Shown here: positions 48,013 through 56,724 of the stretch, piece after piece
Numbering within the stretch: position 1 is the first letter of the stretch
Layout: each line of letters begins with the position of its first letter
IMG/VR virus record: IMGVR_UViG_3300035670_013228
Span: 113,881-177,880 of that record
Length of the DNA stretch: 64,000 nt
Strand: one strand, 5' to 3'
From: a virus
Position numbers and translations under genes: made by a program
The notes under the pieces: model-generated
Database searches by the model: none
Seen by the model: only the letters and a program-made list of their open reading frames with translations
Told to the model about the DNA's origin: nothing

Positions 48013-48241
48013 CTTTAAACTCTTTTAGTAAAAGTATGTTTCCGTCTTTATCTCTGTAGTAAAGATCTATTGTTTCCGTCATTGTGTTATTGTCGAACCA
48101 GTACGATAGTCCATCACTAATACTAATTGCCATTTTTTTAATATTATCTTTTGTTTTTCTGTAGTCAGATGATAATACATATTTATTATTTTTGATCTGA
48201 AAAACATCTCCTGGAGCAATTTCCTCAATGTATTTCGTCAT
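47972..48241 (-). CDS. hypothetical protein
   Basis: 89-aa ORF. Confidence 0.55.
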   Translation of the reverse strand: MTKYIEEIAPGDVFQIKNNKYVLSSDYRKTKDNIKKMAISISDGLSYWFDNNTMTETIDLYYRDKDGNILLLKEFKDEKNFDTKNKNIS

Positions 48242-48413
48242 TATCTACTTCCCAATTATCCAGCTCTTGTTCTTGCAAAAGCTGCTTTTGTTTTTTAAAA
48301 GCTTTTTTCAATTTGTGTTCGTCGTAATCAGAAAAATAGTTCTTGTCGTTATTTTTTTTGAACTTTTTCTTGTTAAAATTGCTTCTTCTATTTTCTTTTC
48401 TATCAAAATCCAT
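48225..48413 (-). CDS. small charged hypothetical protein
   Basis: AAAGG RBS; first gene after a sigma70 promoter. Confidence 0.6.
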   Translation of the reverse strand: MDFDRKENRRSNFNKKKFKKNNDKNYFSDYDEHKLKKAFKKQKQLLQEQELDNWEVDNDEIH

Positions 48414-48436
48414 AAATACCTTTCTGTCACATAACT

Positions 48437-48465
48437 ATGATACTAAACGATCATCAACCTGTCAA
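48437..48465 (-). promoter_or_regulatory. sigma70-type promoter
   Basis: TTGACA-17 nt-TATCAT. Confidence 0.8.
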
Positions 48466-48480
48466 GTGATAATTTTGGGC

Positions 48481-48509
48481 TTGACACGCCATAGATTTCT
48501 CACTATAAC
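48481..48509 (+). promoter_or_regulatory. sigma70-type promoter, divergent/antisense
   Basis: TTGACA-17 nt-TATAAC on the plus strand, pointing into the 3' end of the S8 gene. Confidence 0.6.
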
Positions 48510-48526
48510 TTATGCAGAGGTTTGAT

Positions 48527-49471
48527 TTAATTAATTGGTTGAATAATACCATATCCTTGATATTCCTTAGTACTTGGGTATCTATTGTCCATCATTGGTA
48601 TTGAGTACTGTTTTAGAAGATTTACATAGTCATCCTTTGATTCTAGTTTATATTTCTTGTGTTTTATATTATAGCTTAATACTAAAGATGCTATTCCAAC
48701 AGCAAACGGATTACTCATACTTGTACCACTCATTATCGAATACCTGTTTCCTGGAACACATCCAAGAATATTGTCTCCTGGTGCAAGAAAATCTAATTCT
48801 TCTCCACTGCATGAGAATGGTGTTCTCTTAAAATTTTCGTCTATTGCTCCAATGGCTATTGTATTTGTATATTTTGCAGGATACATTATCCCTAATCCAG
48901 GACCACTGTTCCCGGCTGCACAAAATATTATCTTGTTTTTGGATACTGCATAGTTTATTGCTTTTTCTATATCTTTACTAGAATGACTAGATCCGAGACT
49001 CATAGTGATAAAGTTAACCTCAAAAACATCTGCCGCATAATATATACCGTCCACTACGGACCTAACCGAACCGCCACCTGAATCACTTAATACTTTGACT
49101 GGTAAAATTTTTGTCTTTGGAGCAACCCCGACTATTCCTCTAGAGTTATTAATCGCTGCTATTGTTGACGAAACATGTGTTCCATGCCCATTTTTATCTA
49201 TTGGTCTGTCTTTTAGATCTATAAAATTTTTACCATCTAATAAATTATCAGATAGATCAGCATGACTCAAATCACATCCTGTATCCAAAACAGCACAAAC
49301 AACACCTTCTCCAGAACTTTGATTCCATGATTTTTCTATATTAAATTTTTTTATTTCCCATCCTAAGGTCTGAGGATCATTCGGAGATAGACCATATACT
49401 GGTTCCGAAATATATGGCAATAATCCTATTTTATTTTTATTGAACCATTTCTGAAACATTTTATTTATCAT
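48527..49471 (-). CDS. subtilisin-like S8 serine protease
   Basis: VLDTG, HGTHVSSTI, AAGNSG and GTSMSNP. Confidence 0.96.
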   Translation of the reverse strand: MINKMFQKWFNKNKIGLLPYISEPVYGLSPNDPQTLGWEIKKFNIEKSWNQSSGEGVVCAVLDTGCDLSHADLSDNLLDGKNFIDLKDRPIDKNGHGTHVSSTIAAINNSRGIVGVAPKTKILPVKVLSDSGGGSVRSVVDGIYYAADVFEVNFITMSLGSSHSSKDIEKAINYAVSKNKIIFCAAGNSGPGLGIMYPAKYTNTIAIGAIDENFKRTPFSCSGEELDFLAPGDNILGCVPGNRYSIMSGTSMSNPFAVGIASLVLSYNIKHKKYKLESKDDYVNLLKQYSIPMMDNRYPSTKEYQGYGIIQPIN

Positions 49472-50222
49472 CTGTTAATTGAAAAGCTGTATCTATAATC
49501 CAATCTTTATATACACTAACTCTTGTATGAACCGTGACTGCTCCGTATTTAGACTTTCCCTTGTTGGGTTTATCTTCTACCACACCAGAATGTATTCCTG
49601 CGAGATCATTTCCTATAAAAAGTCCTCCTCCGCTATCCCCAGGAGCAATAATAAACTCTAATTCTGTTTTGCCGGTTTTTACAGATGGCGAACAAAATAA
49701 CAAATACTCGTTTACTGCATCAATAATATTAGATCCTGCTCTTTTTTTACTTTCTTTATTAGATATTATCCCTGTAATAAATGTACCAGTAGCACCGTAC
49801 CCTGCCAAAGAACATACGGATCCGTTTTCTCTGTCGTTTTTATATATATCTGGATACCAATCCAGTCCTATGTCGCCAGAAACCAAACACATTGCTATAT
49901 CGTGTTTACCAAATTTTTCATAATCATAATCTTTATGAACTACTATTTTTTTAACGGGTAATAATTTTGTATTAAAAATTACAACAGAAGTTTTATTATT
50001 ATGAAATATATGAGCAGCTGTTATAATTATATTACTTTTATACGCTACTACAGATCCAGAATACGGAGTATCATCCTGTTTCCTACCTATTATTTGACCG
50101 ACATAAGGAAATTTTGATCCATATTCTATATATTTATCATCAGGCGTAGAAGGATCTATTGTTCCGGAAAAAGATAATGTTCCATAAATCATTAATAATA
50201 TCATTAATAATATTTTTATCAT
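49461..50222 (-). CDS. trypsin-like S1 serine protease with signal peptide
   Basis: TAAH, HDIA and GDSGGG; hydrophobic N-terminus. Confidence 0.93.
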   Translation of the reverse strand: MIKILLMILLMIYGTLSFSGTIDPSTPDDKYIEYGSKFPYVGQIIGRKQDDTPYSGSVVAYKSNIIITAAHIFHNNKTSVVIFNTKLLPVKKIVVHKDYDYEKFGKHDIAMCLVSGDIGLDWYPDIYKNDRENGSVCSLAGYGATGTFITGIISNKESKKRAGSNIIDAVNEYLLFCSPSVKTGKTELEFIIAPGDSGGGLFIGNDLAGIHSGVVEDKPNKGKSKYGAVTVHTRVSVYKDWIIDTAFQLTDDK

Positions 50223-50287
50223 AAAATTGACTTTTTATGTTTAAAAAATTATGCACCATTTTAATAATATATTTTATTGAATAGTAT

Positions 50288-51292
50288 TTAGTCCAGTATA
50301 CTGGCCGCTATCAAACAACCTTTGGCTACTGCATGTAAAGGATCTTTTGAATGCGTAACACTATCTATAGGTAATGGAAAATTATTTTCTAACAATTTTT
50401 CATGTAATTTTTCAATATAACCCTGTGCTTGAGATGTACCTCCAGCAACAACTATTTTAATTGGATTTTTAAACTTAGGTAAAGATTTATGATTTAATAA
50501 AGCTACAGATAATTGTTTTGCTGTATACTCTATTAATCTTTCATAGTACGATGAAACCGCACTCAACACAGGATTTTCGTTAGGTTCTCCTACTTTAAAA
50601 TTTCCTTCTTCTTTCTCGACTTGAACAACACTGTCCGGTTCACCAGTTGCAATAGCACTCATACGGTCTATCCAATCGCCTGACTTAGTTGTACTAAAAA
50701 CAACCGTTGGCTCTCCGTTTAACATAACACAAACATTTGTCATTCCCGCCCCACAACTTACGCCTATTCCCGTATAGTCACACTCTTCTAGTTCAGCATA
50801 ACATAACGCTTCGGCCTCATTCACTGATCGTGCATCATAACCAACTTCTGACAATATTGTTTTGACTACATCTTCATGATATCCAACGTCAAAATCATCG
50901 TCTTCTTGATCGACAGGCTGTGCAGGGACGCAGAACACTATTTTTTCATTTTCTTCTTTTGATTGTCCTACTACTTCTTTTAAAATATATGCTAGAATTC
51001 TTTTTGCATCTTTTTCTTTAACCGATACTACTCCTCTAAACATCGGTCTCCGCGCTGTTTCATTTCTTTCTACTGCTTTTTCGATAGCGTCTTTTCCTAA
51101 TATAATAAAAGATCCGTCGCTATCTTTAATAAAGATCTTACCCTTTAGACCTTTTTCTATCATTTTATTAGCTACTGGCGTCGATGGTTTTATCACATAA
51201 AAAGCATCTCTAAAATCCTTGAAAGATATACCTTCATTATTTTGACTAGCCATAACTATATAAGAAGTACCAACGTCAAGACCCTTACTCAT
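50288..51292 (-). CDS. actin-fold ATPase (MreB/FtsA/ParM-like)
   Basis: Phosphate-1 GLDVGTS, NEAEA, phosphate-2 SCGAGMTN, adenosine motif VAGGTS, and AVAKG. Confidence 0.85.
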   Translation of the reverse strand: MSKGLDVGTSYIVMASQNNEGISFKDFRDAFYVIKPSTPVANKMIEKGLKGKIFIKDSDGSFIILGKDAIEKAVERNETARRPMFRGVVSVKEKDAKRILAYILKEVVGQSKEENEKIVFCVPAQPVDQEDDDFDVGYHEDVVKTILSEVGYDARSVNEAEALCYAELEECDYTGIGVSCGAGMTNVCVMLNGEPTVVFSTTKSGDWIDRMSAIATGEPDSVVQVEKEEGNFKVGEPNENPVLSAVSSYYERLIEYTAKQLSVALLNHKSLPKFKNPIKIVVAGGTSQAQGYIEKLHEKLLENNFPLPIDSVTHSKDPLHAVAKGCLIAASILD

Positions 51293-51296
51293 ATTT

Positions 51297-51611
51297 TTAT
51301 CCTTTCATATTTTTTAATTTATTTATTGATGATTCTAAATTATCTGTTGTGTTTTTAGTTTCACCAAGACTAGTATATTTTTTTTCTAGATTATCCGTAC
51401 TTATTTTTGTAACTATTTTTTTTTCATCTATATTTATCGAGTTTTGATTTGTATGGTTTGTTGAATTTTTATGTGGCCTGATTGAATATTCTATATTAGA
51501 ATTATTATTACTTTTAATTAAATATCCAATAAAAAAAGAAACTATATTTAGTAAACATAATAGTATAAATATTTGACTATTAAAATCAATCATATTTTTT
51601 CTCAATAACAT
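51297..51611 (-). CDS. single-TM membrane protein
   Basis: IFILLCLLNIVSFFIGYLI. Confidence 0.6.
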   Translation of the reverse strand: MLLRKNMIDFNSQIFILLCLLNIVSFFIGYLIKSNNNSNIEYSIRPHKNSTNHTNQNSINIDEKKIVTKISTDNLEKKYTSLGETKNTTDNLESSINKLKNMKG

Positions 51612-51633
51612 GTTTACTTTTTATAATACACTA

Positions 51634-52908
51634 TTATATTAGTATCTCTTTGATTATATTTCCATTATCAATAATTTTAACAGGTCTATTTCCTGGAGCT
51701 ATTAGATGTTTATTATGATCAATGCCTAATAGATTATATAGTGTGGCGCCCCAGTCCTCTACGCCCACCGGATCGTCCTGTGGTTCGCTTGCTGTGTCGT
51801 TGCTGGAGCCGTATACCAGCCCTTTTTTAATTCCTCCGCCTGCCATGACTATAGAAAAAACACGCGGCCAATGATCGCGCCCAGCGGTTGGATTTATTTT
51901 TGGAGTACGACCAAATTCTGTGGCAACACAAACCAGCGTTGAATCTAATAGACCTTTTTCATCTAGATCATTTATTAGTGCAGAAAAAGCTTTGTCGAAA
52001 GATGGCAACTGACTACCTATATTTAGTGCTATATTATCGTGATGATCCCATCCGCCATAAGTTACGTTCACGAATCTGACCCCGGCTTCTACCAATCTTC
52101 TGCTTAGTAGTAATCTCATTCCAGCAGCAGTTTTACCATAAATTTCTTTGGTCTTATCGTCTTCTTTGTTAATATCGAATGCTTGTATAGCCTGAGACGA
52201 ATTCATAATATCATAAGCATTTTGATAAAAAGAATTCATAGAATCCAAAGAGTCCGACTTTTGCCTAACATTGAACTCTTTGTTGACTATTTCTAGCATC
52301 GCTTTTCTTTTATCAAATCTATTTATAGATATTCCATCTGGTAGTGTTAAATCTCTAACTTTAAAGTTTGGATCTTCTGGATTTCCACCAAGACTAAATG
52401 ATGAATAACTGTGACTAAGATATCCGGCACCAGCAAATTCGTTGGGTACATTAGGTACTGTTATATATGGAGGTAAATTATTCCTGACTCCTAATTGTTG
52501 ACTGACTACTGATCCTAAACTCGGATACTGAATGGCTGGACTAGGACGATATCCAGTAAACATATTATTAGTTCCACGCTCATGTGCTGTTTCACTATGA
52601 GTCATGGATCTGATAATGCTAATTTTGTTCGCTATTTTTGCAGTTTCTGTTAGGTATTGACTAAAAAATATTCCAGGAATACTGGTTGATATACTATTCA
52701 AAGGACCCCTATAATCAACCGGACTATTAGGTTTTGGATCAAAGGTTTCTTGATGAGCATATCCGCCCGGTAGATAAATATAAATCACTGACTGTGCTTT
52801 TGCTTCCTTCACAGAAGGTTCTTCTGCTCTTAATTTTAGGTAGTCTCCAAGATTTAATCCTAGATATCCTAAAACACCTGTGTTGATAAAGCCTCTTCTG
52901 TTAAACAT
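51634..52908 (-). CDS. DUF1501-family protein with twin-arginine signal
   Basis: MFNRRGFI, YLPGG..HQETFDPKP, H+RG, RRLVEAGVRFV, GWDHH, TEFGRTP.IN...GRDHWP. Start reassigned to 52908. Confidence 0.92.
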   Translation of the reverse strand: MFNRRGFINTGVLGYLGLNLGDYLKLRAEEPSVKEAKAQSVIYIYLPGGYAHQETFDPKPNSPVDYRGPLNSISTSIPGIFFSQYLTETAKIANKISIIRSMTHSETAHERGTNNMFTGYRPSPAIQYPSLGSVVSQQLGVRNNLPPYITVPNVPNEFAGAGYLSHSYSSFSLGGNPEDPNFKVRDLTLPDGISINRFDKRKAMLEIVNKEFNVRQKSDSLDSMNSFYQNAYDIMNSSQAIQAFDINKEDDKTKEIYGKTAAGMRLLLSRRLVEAGVRFVNVTYGGWDHHDNIALNIGSQLPSFDKAFSALINDLDEKGLLDSTLVCVATEFGRTPKINPTAGRDHWPRVFSIVMAGGGIKKGLVYGSSNDTASEPQDDPVGVEDWGATLYNLLGIDHNKHLIAPGNRPVKIIDNGNIIKEILI

Positions 52909-52947
52909 AAAACATCCTTTTCTGGTTATATTATACACTATTATAGC

Positions 52948-52973
52948 AAAATAGGTGGGACAAGCCCACCTAT
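52948..52973 (-). terminator. Rho-independent terminator after ruvB
   Basis: ATAGGTGGG-CTTGT-CCCACCTAT followed by TTT. Confidence 0.75.
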
Positions 52974-53010
52974 CTTGATTTAAATTAATTGTCTAATTTA
53001 GATACTATTA

Positions 53011-53910
53011 TTAGTTAGTATAGTTTCCTATCACTCTGCCCTTTTGGGTTCGTGATATAAACTTTTTTCTAACTAAATACGGCTCTATACTATTTTCAAT
53101 AGTTTCTACAGCAATACCAGTAAGAGAAGATATCGCTTTTAAGCCTAATGGATTACCCTTGCTACTTAATAGTAAATTCAAATACATTCTGTCATAAGCA
53201 TCCAATCCGTCTTTATCAATACCTTGAATACTAAAAATCTCATCTATAGATTCTGTAGAATTTGGATGACAGGTCTTGTAGTTTTTATACCACTGTAATC
53301 TAGAGTTTAGAATTCTAGGAGTTCCTTTGCTTCTTTTAGCGATCTCAACAAGATCAGTCTCATCAATAGAAATAGAGAGTTTATCACAGTTCGATCTTGC
53401 TAGTTTAGCTAAATCAGTATCGTTATAAAAACTAAGATGTTCTTTGATACTGAATCTATCATAAAATGGTTGACTTAAACTACCACCACTAGTTGTTGCT
53501 CCTACCAAAGTAAAAGCTGGAAGATCAATAGTTTCTGGTTTTTTCTCTAGAGTAATAGTTAATACAAAGTCTTCCATAACAGGATACAAAAATTCTTCAA
53601 CAAGTTTTGGTAGCCTGTGAATTTCATCAATAAATAGAACTGATCGTGGTGCAATTCCCATAAGATATGGAATAATATTTTTAACACTTCTGAGATTTGC
53701 CGCGTTGGTTGTGTACAGATTCACGTTCAATTCGTTGGCGATAGCACTCGCTATGGTAGTTTTGCCAAGGCCCGGTGGCCCATCTATTAAAGTATGTGGC
53801 ATCACGGTTGATGTTTTTAAACAGCCCGTCACGCTGACTTTTAGCCTGTTAATCACATCATCTTGCCCAAGAATTTCGCTAAATTTAGTTGGCCTTATAC
53901 CTTTAGACAT
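53011..53910 (-). CDS. ruvB: Holliday junction branch-migration ATPase RuvB
   Basis: IRPTKFSEILGQ, GPPGLGKTT, FIDEIHRL, GATT, DRF, RSKGTPR, EPYL and RTQKGR. Confidence 0.97.
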   Translation of the reverse strand: MSKGIRPTKFSEILGQDDVINRLKVSVTGCLKTSTVMPHTLIDGPPGLGKTTIASAIANELNVNLYTTNAANLRSVKNIIPYLMGIAPRSVLFIDEIHRLPKLVEEFLYPVMEDFVLTITLEKKPETIDLPAFTLVGATTSGGSLSQPFYDRFSIKEHLSFYNDTDLAKLARSNCDKLSISIDETDLVEIAKRSKGTPRILNSRLQWYKNYKTCHPNSTESIDEIFSIQGIDKDGLDAYDRMYLNLLLSSKGNPLGLKAISSLTGIAVETIENSIEPYLVRKKFISRTQKGRVIGNYTN

Positions 53911-54328
53911 TTTTTATCTCCAATGATTTTAATGATAACTCAATAAGTTGTACGGCATTATCGGTTTGATTAATTAGATACGTTTTAGTTAGTATGTCTT
54001 TAGCCTCTTGATTTTCAATGCCATACTGAACCAGTATTTTAACACATTTGTTTAACAAGTCAACCGGAATTCTTAATTCAGATTTATTGTGTTCTATTGC
54101 ATCCTCGTTTGCGTTGGGCTTTTTCTTTACTTTAGATTGATTGCTATATTTGATTTTTATGTTGTCTATTGTTTTTGGCCTAAACACTGTTCCACAATCA
54201 CAAACGATCTTGAAATTTTTGGTCTTGACTTCTCGTAAAAATAACCAATGATTAGCACCACAATTTTCAGACGGACATCTATATAGAAAAGAAGCATCAA
54301 CCTCAATCGGTTTCAGGTGTTTCATCAT
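53903..54328 (-). CDS. Zn-ribbon protein with RuvA C-terminal-domain-like tail
   Basis: CPSENC...CDC at the N-terminus; CVKILVQYGIENQEAKDIL...LIELSLKSL at the C-terminus; coupled to ruvB. Confidence 0.55.
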   Translation of the reverse strand: MMKHLKPIEVDASFLYRCPSENCGANHWLFLREVKTKNFKIVCDCGTVFRPKTIDNIKIKYSNQSKVKKKPNANEDAIEHNKSELRIPVDLLNKCVKILVQYGIENQEAKDILTKTYLINQTDNAVQLIELSLKSLEIKNV

Positions 54329-54719
54329 CTTTTATCCAGAAAACAAAATCATTGATCTGTTCATCATAAGCGGACTCTATCATGCCCTTACTTGCTAATG
54401 ATGATAGCATATTACTAACTAGTCGTCCATTCATTTCTTCTATAATTTGTGAAAATATTTTTTCATCAATTAAGTATCTTGACTCATTTGTGATTTTATG
54501 TTTTTGTTCTTTAGCCAGACTCTTAACTATGACCAGAGATTCTTGCTGAGTTAAAATTTGATCCATCTCCTCCAAATCATCTTGACTAATTTCTGTAATA
54601 AGTTTTGTAAACTCGTCAGGATCATCTCCTATGCTTTTATCGAAACCATTGAATACAAGTTTTCTGGCCGACCTTGTAAACTCTTCTAAATCATCTATAA
54701 TATAGTTTTGTTTACCCAT
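54303..54719 (-). CDS. hypothetical protein
   Basis: Acidic 138-aa ORF. Confidence 0.6.
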   Translation of the reverse strand: MGKQNYIIDDLEEFTRSARKLVFNGFDKSIGDDPDEFTKLITEISQDDLEEMDQILTQQESLVIVKSLAKEQKHKITNESRYLIDEKIFSQIIEEMNGRLVSNMLSSLASKGMIESAYDEQINDFVFWIKDDETPETD

Positions 54720-54733
54720 GTCTTTCTCCGTAT

Positions 54734-55126
54734 TTAGTTTAGGATATCAAATAATCCTTTGTAGTAATGTGGTTGTAATACAAAATGAACAGCATGACTT
54801 TGAATGTGGTTTAAGTATTCTCTTGCTAATCCAGCGTTAACAAAATATTCTTTTTTCCATATGGGTTGTTTCTGATAGTTACTCCCCAAATACTGGAAGT
54901 TTTTAGGCTTCTCAGTATTGGAGAAATAACTATTCACAGGAAATGACTTTTTGGGAAAATTAACATACCAAACATTTGATGATCCTTCGACTATATCATT
55001 TAGAGTATCATATAGCATTTTACCCCAAGCGTCCCAAGCGGCGGGATCAAACTTGAAATAGTGCTTATATTTGTCTTGAGCATCATCATAATCATGCTCA
55101 TCGTTATAGTCATCATCTTCGTGCAT
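54734..55126 (-). CDS. hypothetical protein
   Basis: 130-aa ORF. Confidence 0.55.
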   Translation of the reverse strand: MHEDDDYNDEHDYDDAQDKYKHYFKFDPAAWDAWGKMLYDTLNDIVEGSSNVWYVNFPKKSFPVNSYFSNTEKPKNFQYLGSNYQKQPIWKKEYFVNAGLAREYLNHIQSHAVHFVLQPHYYKGLFDILN

Positions 55127-55131
55127 ACTAC

Positions 55132-55389
55132 TTACCTATAACTGTATCTATTTTGATTGGCTACATTTTTACGATTGCGTCCTCTACGACCCTTAAATCC
55201 TAGTCTCTTTATGAGATTATTAATCGTTTGGCGACTAAGATAGTACTTATTACCATAAAAGGTATTATTTTCAAAATGATAGTAAAGACCTTTTGCTGAT
55301 CCTAGTTCACTCATCAATTCAATAAACTTTTTCTTAGCTTCTTCATTAGCTAATAAAAGCTGTAAAAGAGGATTAATGTGTCTACCCAT
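55132..55389 (-). CDS. small basic protein, possible DNA-binding
   Basis: AAGGAG RBS before ATG 55389; SRQTINNLIKRLG and an Arg-rich tail. Confidence 0.55.
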   Translation of the reverse strand: MGRHINPLLQLLLANEEAKKKFIELMSELGSAKGLYYHFENNTFYGNKYYLSRQTINNLIKRLGFKGRRGRNRKNVANQNRYSYR

Positions 55390-55418
55390 TTGTTTTCTCC
55401 TTGTTTTATTATAAGGTT

Positions 55419-55455
55419 GTGTCAAAGGGTATAGAGTCTCCTATACCCCTGACAC
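55419..55455. repeat. long inverted repeat / hairpin
   Basis: GTGTCAGGGGTATAG-GAGACT-CTATACCCTTTGACAC on the minus strand. Confidence 0.75.
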
Positions 55456-55462
55456 GGAACCC

Positions 55463-56605
55463 TCATCCAATACAAAACTTGTCACTAAGTTGATTAGCCA
55501 AATCTTTTGCCGCACTACTAAGGAAACGATTATTACTAAAATAGAGAGGCGTTGAGACTTGATTAAGGAACTCTACAACGGTCTTTAAAAGTTTGGTCTG
55601 CTGACCATCAAGGTTTATATCCTCGTCAGGCAGAGCGTCCTTTAACTCCGTAGACCCATTCTCATCGTCCATCAGAGTATCGTCATCATTCGGATGGACC
55701 GGCACTGGATCGCCATAAGTCTTATACATTTTAGTTTTCTGGAAATAAACAGCCTTCTGATTATTAAGATCCTCTGTGCTGTTTGTATAAGTCATCTGGT
55801 TGAGAATATCAGCAGCAACATTAACTGATACTGGAACACCAGTAATATCAGACTGCTTATAAGCCTTAGCATAACCCTTATACCATTCGTCGCTACATTT
55901 CTCAGGAATTATCTGTAGAGTAGCGGGTTGACCAGTAAGAGCAGACTTTAGATCGGCAACATTAATTGGTTGACCAGTACTACCATAAAGAATACTGGTA
56001 AAATAAGGAGCCTTCTTTTCCCATTCCTTACGCCACCAAGTATATGGTACACGATAAATCTGATTGGGCTTAATCGCCCTTGGATCGCCATCAAAATAGT
56101 TTACCAACTTCTTTTGAAGGCCATTCCAGAAAGTTTTGTTGCTTCCAACAATTTTACGACTAGCATCATCAAAAATCCAGTAACACTGATAGCCATTACG
56201 AGTATCAACTACCCAACTAGGCTTAACTGGAAAATCATTGATCTTTTTGAGGAATTGCTTTTTCTTAGTCATAACAACGCTGGGCTTAAAATACTTTCCG
56301 TCGCTATCACGACCAGCATCCATATCACAAAAGCAACAAGTAAATTGCTTGATAGCATATAGTTTACGTCCACCATTTACATAAAAATAAACATCTGAGT
56401 GGTTTGAGATATTAGCCTGTAGAGCATCTTCAAGATCGCTAGTATGACTCATACTGCTAATCTTCTTACGAGGATTACCGTTATAAACAAAGATGTTGTT
56501 CTGTCTAAAAGAACTCAAAAACCTATGCTGTTCTGCTGCGTATCCATTAGCATGAGCATTATTATTCTTATCGAAAGGATTAAATCCAATATTATCGCTA
56601 AACAT
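55463..56605 (-). CDS. RepB-like DNA primase (AEP superfamily)
   Basis: VYFYVN, CFCDMD (DxD), PSWVVDTRNGYQCYW, and GDP...QIYRVP. Start inferred at ATG 56605. Confidence 0.75.
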   Translation of the reverse strand: MFSDNIGFNPFDKNNNAHANGYAAEQHRFLSSFRQNNIFVYNGNPRKKISSMSHTSDLEDALQANISNHSDVYFYVNGGRKLYAIKQFTCCFCDMDAGRDSDGKYFKPSVVMTKKKQFLKKINDFPVKPSWVVDTRNGYQCYWIFDDASRKIVGSNKTFWNGLQKKLVNYFDGDPRAIKPNQIYRVPYTWWRKEWEKKAPYFTSILYGSTGQPINVADLKSALTGQPATLQIIPEKCSDEWYKGYAKAYKQSDITGVPVSVNVAADILNQMTYTNSTEDLNNQKAVYFQKTKMYKTYGDPVPVHPNDDDTLMDDENGSTELKDALPDEDINLDGQQTKLLKTVVEFLNQVSTPLYFSNNRFLSSAAKDLANQLSDKFCIG

Positions 56606-56671
56606 TTTAGTATTCCTTATTTTCCTGTAAACCTTGTTGGGAGAGGCACCATACCTATCATAGTCAACAAA

Positions 56672-56717
56672 AGAGTGTTGGCGGGATCGAACCGCCATAG
56701 CCCAAATTGCTCACTCC
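56672..56717 (-). ncRNA. tRNA-like mini-structure (T-arm plus acceptor-like stem, no anticodon arm)
   Basis: GGAGTG...GGCGG-TTCGATC-CCGCC-AA-CACTCT-TTT. Confidence 0.4.
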
Positions 56718-56724
56718 GTTTTTA

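Noticed and set aside
51741-51890. GC-rich DUF1501 patch as a second DGR variable repeat
   Set aside because: It contains many A-ending codons (ACA, GCA, GAA, CCA, GTA) and lacks the scaffold/NNC pattern. Kept only as a mosaic patch.
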